Assembly: GCA_011109175.1 (NCBI GenBank)
Contig: RDEW01000042.1
Coordinates: forward strand, 192,504 to 256,503
Length of the DNA stretch: 64,000 nucleotides
Source: Dicyema japonicum
Lineage: Eukaryota > Animalia > Dicyemida
Direction: 5' to 3'
Positions 49,935 to 62,760 of the stretch are shown piece by piece (the first letter of the stretch is position 1; each line of letters starts with the position of its first letter). The notes beneath the pieces were generated by a model. It searched no databases. It saw nothing but the letters and a program-made list of their open reading frames with translations, and had not been told where the DNA came from. The position numbers and the translations under genes were made by a program.

Positions 49935-52050
49935 CATTGAGAGAGACAGATAAACCTACCTCTCCGGACGTAACACTCTGCTCATCGTCGCTTTCATCAA
50001 AAATTGATTTGTCTGTCCTCTACGAAACAAGAAGCGACTATAATCCAATTGTGCTGAAGATCAAAAGAAAGGCCAACGTGATAACAATTCCTAGTAGCTA
50101 CAATTACAAATGTGCTAACTGGAAATTGTATCGTGAAATTTTAGAAGATAAAATGAAGAATTGTTACTTGGATAGCTTTATTTCTCTGGAGAATGCCATC
50201 AGCTACTTTACCCAAATAATCTTGGAAGCAAGATCAAGGGCTATACCCAAACAATACTTAAATTCGTCGAGTGGTCTAGGGAAGACGGCCTTGATTAAAG
50301 AACGAAATCGGCTTAAAAAATCTAACCGGATAACCTTGGATATGAAACTCCGGATCAGAACATTGAATAATGAAATAAAGGCAAAAGATCGAAGTGGAAT
50401 CGTGAGCTTACAATGGTGAATAGAGATCGCACTACGGGAGAGGTGTGGAAAGCTATTCGAAATGTGGCAAAAGGCGATGAAGTTTCAACAGAAGAGGATT
50501 ATGTTCAAAGTGATGTGAACAACTTAATAAAATTCTATACTAAAATTTCACACAAAGAGCACATGAAGTCTGAAGCACTTCCATCACGCAGGAAACTTTA
50601 GATAATATCAGAACCACTCTTCTTTTGTGAGAGAGAGGTGAGGGATACAATACATTCCGTAAAAACGACATACTCCCACGGACCAGATAACATTCCTGTT
50701 ATCTTATTAAAAAATCTTGGAGAAGGAGGAATCACTTTTCTAACGTCGATATTCAACCATTCAATTAATCAGAATGTGATACCGTTGTTATGGAAACAGG
50801 CTCTAATACGGCCACTACTGAAACAGGATGATCGAAAGAGGATCCAGCGTCTTTTAGACCGGTGTCACTGCTATGTTCAATGTCAAAAATTCTGGAAAGG
50901 CTTGTGCTCGGGAAAATAAAAGAATTTTTACCAGAAAAGAATTTTCAACGTGGATTCAAAAATGAGAGATCCACGTCTACATACTTGCAAACATTGACCA
51001 AATTCATTCGAGTCGGATTCACAACCATGCCGACACACTTTAAAACAGTGCTCTGCTCGATCGACATACATAAGGCTTTTGACTCAGTCTCGAGAAATAT
51101 TCTATCGAGAAAAATATTTCAATCGGAGATCCCAGGGAAGCTAAAGCTTTGGATTATTAACTTCCTAAGTGGATGAAGGGGACGTGTTTGCCTCGGAGGT
51201 CTGAAATCAATCTCACGGCTCCTCCCAAACGGAATCTCTTAAGGATCTCATTTATCCCCTGCTCTGTTTAACCTCTTTCTGGCTGATATCCCGAGTCTTG
51301 AATCTGAGAATGATGTTCTACTATCTATGCGGATGATATTGTGTTGGCTTCGCGAAATCAGGACATCCAGAGGCCTTCTGAAAGAATACAAATTAACCTG
51401 GACAGGCTTAATACCTGGATAATGGAAAAGCGGCTCGTGGTGAATGCAGAGAAGTCGTCTACGTCACTATTTACCTCTGACAAAAGATTGGGAAAGAAGA
51501 CAGTCACTTTGAAGTTAAACGAGGTCGGCATCCCTTTTCACAGATGTCAAAGGATCTTGGGTGTAACAATTGATATGCATCTCTGTTTAACACCTCACGT
51601 AGAAAACATTCTATTGAAATGCGAGAAGAAACTGAATGTATTGAAAAGTTTATCAAGAATATGGAAGAGTGGTACTCACCCAGTCTTGATGAACGTATAC
51701 AAACAATACATCGAGCCATGTTTCTCATATGCATGCGCCTCGTGGAGTCCGTCCATATCTTGGACAAATATGAGGAAAATTGAGGAAATGCTAAAGAGGG
51801 CTTACAGAGTAACGGAACGTTGGATTGGTGAAGATCATCGAGCCGGATCTACGCCTCTGAAAGCCCTTATGAGACATGAATCCAGATCACTGGAAATTGC
51901 CCCTGAAAATTCAGGCAGCCGTCCTGTACGTTCATGCGCGGGCACGAAAGAAGAACGACGGGCAAAGATGAAGTCATTGTTAAAATGCATCGGGATCACG
52001 TGATAATTAGTTTTGTTTTACCGTGGTCTTGGGTTAAATAAATAAAATAA
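49935..52050 (+). mobile_element. Decayed Ingi/Vingi-like LINE (endonuclease end plus RT)
   Basis: SPDVT..SDYNPI, GPDNIP, FQRGFK..RST, SIDIHKAFDSV, YADD, ILGVTID and YACASWSP; ends CIGIT* with hairpin CGGGATCACG/CGTGGTCTTG. Confidence 0.9.
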
Positions 52051-52699
52051 ATTAGTATTTTAATGAACGCATTAAAAATGAAAAATTGTCGCAGTCATTA
52101 AACAAAAAAATAACTGTATATTTGTCTAGCCGCAAAAAAATCCGTGGGACGCGTTGAGAACCACAGCTCTAGATATTGCTCAGTCGCCATGAAATCGAAA
52201 TTTGGAATGAAAAGTATACTAACTAACCCGACGGAATGCAATTTATTTCATTTGTTGTCGACACTTTCACTGCCATGTTGTTCTCGACAGCGGAATTTCT
52301 GAATCGACGTTAGGGTTAAATTTCCTCATTTTGGGCGATCTTCATGAACCTCGATGGATTTTCGATTAATTTCTATAGCTATGTTGAGAAACAATATAAA
52401 GGGGTTCCGCCATCTTCATTTAATTTATAGAAAGCCCTGAATAGAGTATTAAATGCACAGAAACATCCATCACGCTTTTCGACTTCAATCCTCCTTTTGC
52501 TATCAAAGATCCGACGGGATGTAGGATAAAAAGCCATTTGGCCCTACGACCCATTGTTTCGCTGTTACAAAAGATAAGTATAAATCAGCGTTATTATTTT
52601 ATATTACTCCATTAGAGCTCTTCACCATTTGTATTCACTCATTTAAAAATACTTGTCCAAAGTATATCACCTTAATGATAAGCACACTAAATAAACTCA

Positions 52700-53957
52700 C
52701 TAAATAACTATAGAAATTTTTTTTAAGTTTATTATGCAAACAGTCCAGATTGCTTTGAACAGTCTGTGCAGTCTTCTCTAGTGATTCACTTAACTAGAAA
52801 AATTAAACAATCTCAAACAGTCTCGATGACTAATTTCTGAGACGATGAGTATAAGACAGCTGTTCAAAATGAGAATTCAGTTGCCATACCAACTGAAAAA
52901 AAAAAAATAAAAATCGATATAAACCTTTGTTGTGTAATTCCTTAAGGTTTAAAAACCGTTTAGCTGTCAACGACAAATTTAGCGGATTCGTGGTTAATTC
53001 AGCAACCTACAAATATTGATTAATTATAAATTTTTTATATATTATTAAAATCAAAAATACACTAATCAAGTTTAAATTTTTGAATAATTAACCCTTTGCT
53101 GTGATGGCGTGCTTTACTTTGTCATCAAAATTTTGTAGTTTCATCTCAAATTCAACCACTTTCTCATCCTTGATCAAGTCAACGATACTTTTTATCTTGT
53201 ACACCGACTGGTATAGCGAATTACAGTTGAATTTGGCCATTAGGCTAACATGAAGATAATTCTTTAAGAAAACCACCAAATCATCTGATTTTACACCCAA
53301 AACTGTTTCCAGAGCATTTAGACGTTTTTCTAAGTCGAAAAACTTCAAAAAATACATTTGGTTACTTTAGCAGTTTCGGCTGCGTTGATTTTATTTTCCG
53401 GCTTAGATCCCCCGGCTTTTTCAAGGGACTGGCTAACAGTAGGGCATGAAGTGAATTCAGAAGGAGCTTTAGTGGAGATGCTCATAGGCTTCGAAAGGAC
53501 TCTTGGAGTTGTTTCAACAATTGAATGAGAGTGGTGTCATTATCGCTCTTAAAATTATGATTTGTAGTCACTTGCTTGAGGATCTGGGACAGTTCATCAA
53601 TTTCGTGTTTTATTCGATCGTAATGCCACTTTAATTTTTTAGGCGGAATTTTTCATCCTTTTTTATTTAAATTATTACTTGTGGACAGCTGTCCTTTATT
53701 AAGGAAAAGTCAATTTTGTCTAAAGTAATGATTAAATGAACCAATTTTCCCGCATTAAAGTCGAGAGCCTCATTCATGTTGATTGAAGTGTCTATGACAT
53801 CATCGCTTGCATGCTTTAGGTAATTTGATATATTACTGTCTCCTCTTGTTGACGACAATCCTGACTTGCATTTCCTGTTATCTCAAATAAGTCGGAGCCA
53901 TCCTCATATATTATTTTATTGTTATTAATGTACCAGGTAAGGCAGTTCGATCATCAT
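52700..53957 (-). CDS. DCTN2: Dynactin subunit 2 (p50/dynamitin) homolog, about 10 mini-introns; exact stop uncertain
   Basis: Spliced blocks MMIELPYL|..DLFEIT, IDFS, CPQ|WHYDRIKHEIDEL, ETAK|FFDLEKRLNALETVLG, RFLNLKELHNK|A and LSESLEKTAQTVQSNL follow the p50 motif order as recalled (LPGI..DVYET, LDFS, ETPQQKYQRLLHEV, AK-VAELEKRL, RL..IKQLHEQ-A). Confidence 0.75.
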
Positions 53958-54229
53958 TGAATTTAAATTACTATTTTTTATTTTGTTGATTAATTTTTTA
54001 TTATTAAAATCTTACTCTAAATTAATTACATTAAAACTACAAACCAGTTTTAAAGATATTTCTTTCTCATTAAAACAAACCTAAAGAAGATCACTCTAAC
54101 TCATGCTAATGAGATGGACTCCAGATCTTAGAGATTAGTTTAACTAGTACACTTCTATTTTATATTGTAAGTGAACAGTTTCGCTTTTTAAGACCAAAAC
54201 CGATTAGGATGGGAGTCAATGGTGATCTC

Positions 54230-54965
54230 ATTTTCTAACAATTTAGGAATTATCCTCAAATGGTCGACCGGCAACTGTCTTTCGGAACAGCTTTTAGGAA
54301 TGTGCACATTCGATCTCTGTATCTTTTTTCATAGTTATCTGTGTTTCTATACATGAACAGGAATGTTATGAATGGTCTTTTGGTTTGTTGAAAACAAGAT
54401 ACAAAGCATTTCGTTGAACTGAGTCTGTTTTTTTGGTCATCGAAAAAAAGAGGGAAAGTCTCTAGGCAGATCTCAATTATAGTGTTGTACATCTTCTCAT
54501 TTCGCAAAACATCATCGTTAATACATGCCACTTGTGGATTTAACTGAATGGATTTTCAGGTTGTTAAGCTACTTAAAGACAGAACCCCATTTGAAGACGG
54601 AAATCAGGCTTTCCGGTAAGTGATGAACCATTGGAGAAGCAAGGGATTTTATTCAAGTCAAAAGTCCGTCTGTAGTCACGATTTAGTTATCCACTTTGAC
54701 AAAGAAAACTTTGTTAAGAAATAAAGGACCAGAAGCTAAAAATGTCCTGCTGCAAAAATTAACTAACGGTCATACTTTTCTAAATTTTCTATGACAAATT
54801 TAAAAATTATGGATTGTCACATTAATTTTCCCAATTTGCAAGTTTATTACTAAAGAAAATTTCATTATTATTATTAAAATGATAAAATCTCAACAAAATT
54901 GAGATTTTCCTCCAAAAGAGGTATTCTCCAAGTTTGGGTTTCTTCAAAAAGAGGTCGGACTGCAC
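54230..54965 (-). mobile_element. Possible decayed pogo/Tigger-like transposon
   Basis: TIR-like CAGTCCGACCTC near 54952-54963; weak remnants LLLQWF and ITFLF..N.D..EK. Confidence 0.35.
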
Positions 54966-55624
54966 TACTAGCAAAATTCATAGATTCCTATATATGTAGC
55001 TTCACACAGATGATCCCCCATATAATTTGTGAATCAAACATTTTTTTTCATTGTCTACTATCGATGTCTTGACTCAAGATTATTGTAATTTATGTCGTTA
55101 GTATCTTCCCGAAGACCAAGTCAAACGCCTTCTCGATATCAATGTTGTCTTTTCGAAAAATGTTTTGGCATACCACAACAGTATACAATATTTTATTCAA
55201 CATATTTTTGCCTTAAATACTTAGACTATGAAAAAAAACATAAAACTTGACCGTTCTAAATAATTTATGTCGTACTTCAATGTCACAAAGTTATATGCTA
55301 ACGGGGAGTAGAAAACAAAATATATTGGACAAAGGCTGTATAATTTATATGATTAAATAAGGCGAGTTTATGTAAAAAAACAAATCATAGCTAAAATTAT
55401 GTATTTTTTATCCTCCCATGTACTACCCGTGAATCTGTAAATTCGATAATAAATTAGAGCATCAGATAGTTCATAATTTATAAACCATTGATTTATGACG
55501 TCCGAGAGGCAAAAGGTTATATTCCGCTTGAGAGATATTCCATAGTTACAAGACCTTCAATTTCCATGATCTTTATCTTTTGCAAGTGATAAGGTTTTCA
55601 TGATATTTTTCCATGACTTGAATG

Positions 55625-56475
55625 TTTAATTAACCCAAGAGACAGGGTGAAAGACTGAAATCTAACATCTTTTGGATTTATTCCCTATTAGTTAATGCCT
55701 CATAGGCCGTTTTATCATACAACAATACGTGACTAGAAACGTCTCGACAGGCAAGTCGATTTCAACATGAATGCACGGATATCTGAAAGAGATGGACTCG
55801 GATTACTTCTGTGGAATGGATCATGGAGTTGGGAAGGTGGAAGAGGTCTTTATGGGGTTGGTTTTAATGACGAGGAGGAGTGTTGCTCACATGTTAGCTG
55901 AAAGTCATTAGTGGGTCAAATGTGACACCCAGTTTTTTGGTAGAATTTGTGGAGGCGATTGTTATTCCACTTAGAGTCTATGGAGGTGCCGAGTAAGTCA
56001 ATCTTCTGTTGTAAGTAAAGATCATAAATCACGACTTTTCAGGACTTGTGTGTAGTTGGTTCCTCGTAAGCCAACAGTTTAGGCTATCCAGTGAATCTTG
56101 TAAGCGGGTATCCGCTGTGTGGATGCATTGGTCTCTTGTTCCTAGGATTAAATCGTCGGTGTAAGCAAGAATAAGGCATCGTCGCAACTGTAGGAAGGCA
56201 TGTCGCTCATGAATAGGTTGAATAGACTTTGGAGAGAAGTGGATCTTTGCGGGATACTGTTTGGTAGAAATTTAGTGATTAAAGATGTGGAATGGGAGAT
56301 TACTCTTCCTATTCGTTCGTTGAGAAAGTTAACGAAATTTTCAGGTTGTTCGGAATGTTAGACCCATAAATCTTCCTAGTGAGCAGCTTCCTCGGTATTG
56401 AGTCAAAAGCTTTTTATATGTCAATGGAACACATGATGGTTTTTTGATGCCGAGGTTTGCGTTGTAGTCACCTAA
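55625..56475 (-). mobile_element. Decayed Ingi/Vingi-like RT fragment
   Basis: CSIDI.KAFDSIPRKLL, LFNLFMSDMP, LAYTDDLIL and a TTGGGTTAATTAAA tail. Confidence 0.8.
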
Positions 56476-57229
56476 CCATTCGTAGAATAACTCTGTCTCC
56501 AATATTCAACTTTATTAAAATTTACTTTAAACATTCCTTTCAAAATGCCTTGCAAGAAAAGAAGCTAGCCGCTGTTGAGCAATCACATCCTGAATTACTC
56601 ATAAAACACACGAACTCTTACAACGCTACTGATTATCTTACAAGGCGTATGAATAATAATATGACAAAACGTACAAACTGAGATAAAGCACTTTAAAAAC
56701 TGAGCACATATATGTAAAATGATTTCAATACTTTATTTCTTGCACGACTAGGTACCAATTGATCATGGACCTGCAACGGTTCGCGGCTCGTCGGTTAGGG
56801 AATTTTGAATTACACAATATAATTGAAAATTTTATTTTTAGAAGTCATTATTTATGAAACAACTTTTATTATTTGAGAATTTATGAATCGAATTATGTAA
56901 CAAATGCGCAAGACTTTAGTAATAATTGTCTTATGTGATAGCGTCCGGGCTGTTGATACTGTCCGTGTTGATAAAACTTTGTGGTCACCTATAATTCGCT
57001 TGAACTCAGTGATAATAATGATCATATATGGACCTTGAAAATTGTATTGAGATACTGTAGTTTTTGTTGAATGACGATTAGTTTCTTAGTGTTTTTGTTA
57101 TATTTGCTTTCATGTGTAAATTCTGTGATTTTTAGTCCAGTAGTTAAGTTTATTTCCGATTTCCCTGACAACTATGGAGCATTCAACGGAGACATAGATT
57201 GAGAGTTGTCTTAGAGGGGGAGACGATTA

Positions 57230-57715
57230 GATGAACAATTAGGTTTGTTGCAACAGGGACAGTAAAGGAGGGTACGCTGCAGTTTATTTTTCAGGTTGCA
57301 ACTCTATGGCATGAAATTGCACTCGTGCAGCACTCAAGACAATCTTCTTGCAAATTCCTCGATCGTAAGACAGTTTTCTCAACTTGTCCAAATCGTTTCC
57401 ACTTCTTATACATTTTTTCATAAGCTTTAGAACTACATCAAGTGTTTCTGGAAATGTAATATGTCGGTGACGGGAAACTTGGTCCCTGTGCGATTTATAT
57501 TTACTGGGGTCTTCTGGTTAAGAGCCCGTGTGACATTTATTTTCTGCAGTCCTTTGGCGAGGACTATTTTGGCATGGTAGGTAAAATTAAGCTGCCTGTC
57601 GTAAGTCATTTCCAGGATTAAGGGTTTTCCTTTGACAGGTATTCGGGTATGTCCGGTGAAGATTTCTGGTTCTTCTTTGGACCGACGGTCGGTGGTGAAT
57701 GGAGTGCATGATGTG
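57230..57715 (-). mobile_element. Ingi/Vingi-like fragment closely related to 16192-16440
   Basis: RSKEEPEIFTGHTRIPV..TYDRQLNFTYHAK..KGLQKINVTR. Confidence 0.85.
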
Positions 57716-57719
57716 TTGC

Positions 57720-58390
57720 AATTATCTCCGCTTGCTATTCAACATTCAGTAGTATCTTGCCATTTTTGTCTTCGATGATTATTCGTTTTTTCCGGTTTGT
57801 GTGGCGTAGTAAGCGAGCGGCCATATACAATTGTGAATTATCTCTTAGTTTGGATACTTCATTGATTTTGCAAAGCAGGTCTGCTTGGTGGAGTGTCTTG
57901 TTCAAAATCCTGATTTTTTTATGGATTTGTTCTTTCTGCCCTGAAGGCTATTCTCTTGTTATAGTCTTATTTCGTTTAGTTTTTGTATGGATTTCTATTA
58001 ACTCCTTTGCTAGTTCTGTATCTATCGTCCGATCTTTACTGGCCACTCCCGCGTGCCGAGGTACTGACTTGCTGCTTCGTTTATTATATACATTGTGCGA
58101 TTCCACAAAAATCCTACTGTTAGGTTTTTTTAATGAGAGCAGATATATTTTTGGTATTTATGACTGTATCTGGATGAGACATCAGTTATTCCGTTGCGTA
58201 TCCATTTCTTGTATTCTCATTATTATTGTTTGTAATGTTGTTATGTTTCTAATGTTTGATACCATGGTTCGCCAGGCTGAATGTTACAATAACCATTCTG
58301 TGATCGCTGACAGTTGTTGAACCTTCGAATGAGCGTGCGTTTATAAGAGAGCGTATTGAATCTGAACAACTTCCATAAGGAATTCAGCGA
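57720..58390 (-). mobile_element. Decayed RTE fragment (endonuclease end plus linker)
   Basis: RSFEGSTTVSDHRMV and KINEVSKLRDNSQLYMAARLL..IIIEDKNGK align to the intact RTE. Confidence 0.8.
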
Positions 58391-59319
58391 ACCCAACTTC
58401 AAGGCTGATGGAAATATGACAAAAATCAACGTAAAATCATCTTGAAGCAGATCTTCTAGCATCATATTGCTCTCAAGTAACTCTTTCTTTTTCAAAAACA
58501 TATCTTAATGAGATTTCAGATTAATTCGGTCATTTAGAGCATTAAGGAAATATCCTCCTTAACGTACACAGATCCAGAAATAAGAGTGAGGGGTAAGGTC
58601 AGTATAAACCATGGCATTTACATTTGGTTGCAAATAATAGTAAGGATACTAATCGCATATATAGTCATCAAATATAGTTAAAATTACTTTAACGGTTGAC
58701 CTAATTTTACTGTCAAGGAGAAATATGACCTATTTTTACTTTCAAATAGAAAAGAACAGGATGTTAAAAAGCTTTCAGTCCTGATAGATAAATCTGTAGT
58801 CAAAATCGCACAGAAAAATTTTTTTGTCATCAAGTGATCAACTTTTAATATTTCACAAAAAATCAATTCGAGAGTGCGGATGATGATAATTCGTTACTTA
58901 GAACAATATCATCTATTTGATTCTAAAAGAAGCAAAAGATTCTCCGATCATACTCAGGCTAACTACTTCATAGTGGTTTTTGTTAACTTCACCTATAATT
59001 CTCCAAAATTTGACCAACTAAATTAACTTGCAGTACACGTCTGAAAAAATAATTTCAATTGTCTTGCAGTACTCTTGTTTGAAAAAGAATTAGATATCAT
59101 CATACTTCAAAATTAAAATCTAGGTCATCCGCATATTTAATTCCTAGATAGAAGTAGGACAATCTTTAGTTCTAAAATTACAAAGAGCAGCTTCCAGATA
59201 GACAACAAAGAATATTGGTTATTGTAAATCCCTTCTGAAGTGTCAATGTGCGTAGCCTCTTTCAGATTCACTTAAAATTTGATTTTCGCGCAAATTGACC
59301 TGTAATTGAACATTATTCA

Positions 59320-59440
59320 AAAGGTATTAAACTTTTGACACAATTTCTAGACATTTTGATAAAGCTATTAAACATTGTGGCAAAGTTATTAGACATTTTT
59401 GACAAATTTATTAAATTTTATGATAAAATTATTAAACAAA
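59320..59440. repeat. Degenerate minisatellite (about 21-22-bp unit x5-6)
   Basis: Recurrent tatta(a/g)acatt(t/g)tg(a/g)(c/t)aaa. Confidence 0.6.
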
Positions 59441-62149
59441 TCGGAAAACCATGTTAATTTTGTAAATTTAATTAAATTATTTTTTAATTTTATTTATTTA
59501 ATCCAACACTTTATTTAATAAAATTAAAATTAATTATGACGACTGTAATCATGTAATAATTTTAATTTCTTGTGGTTACTAGTATATTCATCATTTCGGT
59601 ATTTAATTTTATAGATGTTCAGTTTCATCATCTTATACCTTCCATTTGGCATTTTGACACAGAAAAATTGTCAAGAAATAAATCAGGTGCGATCTCTGTA
59701 TTATATATTAATTATTAAGATATTTGATTAATTGTACATTTTCTGGCCTACAAGTTGATTCTAAAGTAATATTTACTAATTCAATACATCACATTTGAAC
59801 ATGGTTTCAATTTTTCTATTATACAATCGAAAGTGGCGTATTTGTATTAAATATTACTTATTATAGTTACTGTTCGGAAGAAAGTTTAAAATATGTAATC
59901 AATAATACTTTTCCATCTACTATTTATTACTTGTTATATATATTATTAAATTAATAGGGATTTGAACAATGCAATTCCCTCATATACATCGCAATTGATT
60001 TTGCTATACATTTACATCACTCTCCAATATGTAAATTTTTTTAATTAATGTAGTCACTTTCCACAGGAATAGAGGTTATTCAAAATTTAGAATTAGTTCC
60101 TTGGTGTTTCATTAAATAAGTATTTTTAATAATAATTAGTGTTATTGTGTGCATGGATTCATTCGATGATGCAAGCGTATGATAGTATATTTATCATAGG
60201 TATACATCATCTCTACTTAATTGATGTCTCAACATAATACATGTATATGTTCGAAAGTAATATATTTAGAGAAACAGCAAGCAGACAAGTAAAACATGTA
60301 ATTAATAATGTTATTTCAGACTGCAGTGCCATTGCGAACAAGTACAATGTAATGGGCTTTTGCAGAATTACTAACATTTTACTAACTTAATCGGTTCTTT
60401 TTCGGAATTAAAAATTAATGTTAATTAATTCAAATTTATTATGATTTAAATAATATCCTGGTTGGCCAACTTAATCACACATCTCTACTCTTGACTCGGA
60501 AAGAATAATTTTATTTAAAAAAACGATGAAGTGAATCGAATATGATTTTAAAGAACGGATAGGTATCCGTAGATTTATGAATGACGTGAGCAGTATCCCA
60601 ATTAAATTATTTAGTTTTGATCCCTGTCGACATAATTGTCGCTGAGTTCTTTCTCAAGATATTCAAAGAGATCAATTATATGAACAGAATTGCTTCTGAT
60701 AGAGTCAGGCGTCCAAATTTCTTGAGAATAATACTCGTCGGAGTATTTAAATGAATTGGCACACAACTTTTTTTGTCATCAGGTGTCAAACTCCACGGAT
60801 CAACACCCTGAATTTTTTGATCTGATCCCTGAATATCGAAGGTGTTTTCTTGGTCATGCATTTGCCCCCGTCTGGATTATTTTATAAAATCTTTTCTGCC
60901 CCTACTTCGGACACATTATCTACCGAGAGTATTTCCAAAAATAGTGATTTTTACATAAATCTTCGCATCCTCAGCCATTCATATACGATCCGTTTAATCT
61001 TTCCATTATTAGACATGAAAACCCTATAGTAACCTTAATCTAAATGTGATCTGTTGAATTTCAAGAAAACTAGAGTTTTGGACATTTCCAAATAGACAAA
61101 TAGAACTGGCGATACTAGAAATACGCCGGGTTTGTTTTCAATATGATAAAAAAATGATTTGGGCCATTAATGTAAAAATCAGAAATCCACGTGAATAAGA
61201 CAATAATTATAAACGCCATCCATCCTGATTTGTCTACAAAAACCAAAGCTAGTATTTTTCAAATCAAGGTGTCATTAAGAAAGTATATGGATTCCTGTTC
61301 TAGAACTCAGAGATATCTGTAGAACAAATTTCAAGATTCTTGGAGTATAGACCTCCAACAGTAATCCATGTTCCTGCGAAACAAACGTCCATGCTTACAA
61401 AATCACACAATAAACGACAAAGGACATTTGGATTACGAATTCTGAGGCAGTCGCGGTAGAAAATATCCGTTCCCCTACAGAAACTGCTCAAGCCATCTAT
61501 AAAACGTCCACGGAATTGTATGCCGTCAATTTATTACACTTCGATTTTTTTATTTCATCTCATTGACCACCAAGAAGTCGATCTTGGAGGCACTAGAAAC
61601 TAATGCTAGTTCATTATGCCTTTTCCTTAGGGATCAAGCATTCATTAGCACTATTTTAATCTTTGTTTCATCATTTTGGTGACCTTTTGAAGTAATTTTG
61701 TATTAATTTTTCCAGCCATAATTTGATGTTCGGATGTAAGTTGGAATTAAAAATTTTTTGCGTTATGAGTTTCTCGAAACAGAATCATAGGCCTTCTGTA
61801 AGTCGATAAATTCATCATGTTGTAATGAGTATATTCTACAATCTAATCGGAATAGTGATATTATATCAGCTGTTAAAGTTAATAAGTCAGTCATTCTGTA
61901 ACATCAGCAATAGAATTGAGCTCACATTTGTCCCTTTTTATTTGGATACCATGATTAACTCTTATTCTGAACTAAACATATCTATGTCACCATCAGAAGA
62001 CATGAACATTTGTAAGGACGTATCAATTAACGACTACGAAAATCAGAAATTGCAATTAATAGAGGAGAAAGAGTTTCTTGCAATTCTAATACCATTGATG
62101 TCCTAGAAAACAAAATCCAGGTCATCCTCATATATTATTCTTAGATTGA

Positions 62150-62760
62150 AGTGGAAAAATTTTAGCTTCCAAAAACTTATAGAATCCAATAGAAGTTATC
62201 TGCAGACATAAGAGAAAATACTTCTGTTGTGCAGTTAAATCGCTGGGAGAATTCGAAGAGTATTCAAGACATGTTGAGGCTGGGATCACCAAATTATTGA
62301 GTTAATACTTTTTTGGTAGTCTATGGTTTTAAACAAATAATTAAGTAACCTAGTTGCTCCAAAGGATACTAACCTGATCTCTCTAGGATCTTGACTCTGA
62401 AGAACATAATCGTGTACGGGGATTTCAATGACAGGAATCCTGTTGATCTACCAATGGTAAATTGTATAAACGAGGGGAGTGTGTCTCGTTAGAAATTTAA
62501 ACCCTCGTCATTCTAAATAACCCTCTCCTACAAGTATGCACAGTTTTAAGACAAAATGAATATAACACCACTCCCAGATATCTCCATTTGCTCTCCGAGC
62601 ATTTTTCTCTAGATTTCTCAGTCGGTGGTGTATAACTTTACTTCAACTACAACCTAATATTATGGTAAGTCGAAGATTCAATCGAAGTTGATTCAAAAAA
62701 AAGACCTTCATTAATTACAAGCGCTAATTGTGATCAAAATTTAAACAAGAATTTAAGTGA
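62150..62760 (+). mobile_element. Ingi/Vingi-like remnants (a 3' end followed by an endonuclease fragment)
   Basis: GGGATCACC end motif near 62282; PDLSRI..NIIVYGDFN and TTPDISICS. Confidence 0.65.

Noticed and set aside
52700-53957. Alternative genetic code (stop reassignment)
   Set aside because: All apparent in-frame stops in the modelled host genes are removed by plausible mini-introns, and the intact RTE ORF reads under the standard code.
57757-58320. 187-aa hydrophobic ORF as a membrane protein
   Set aside because: It is the antisense shadow of an RTE linker region on the minus strand; the same applies to many short ORFs overlapping LINEs.
59320-59440. CRISPR array
   Set aside because: Degenerate head-to-tail units with no unique spacers, no cas genes and a eukaryotic context.
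61300-61530. TMEM50-like protein
   Set aside because: The resemblance (W..GG) is superficial and runs through sequence that looks like canonical mini-introns.
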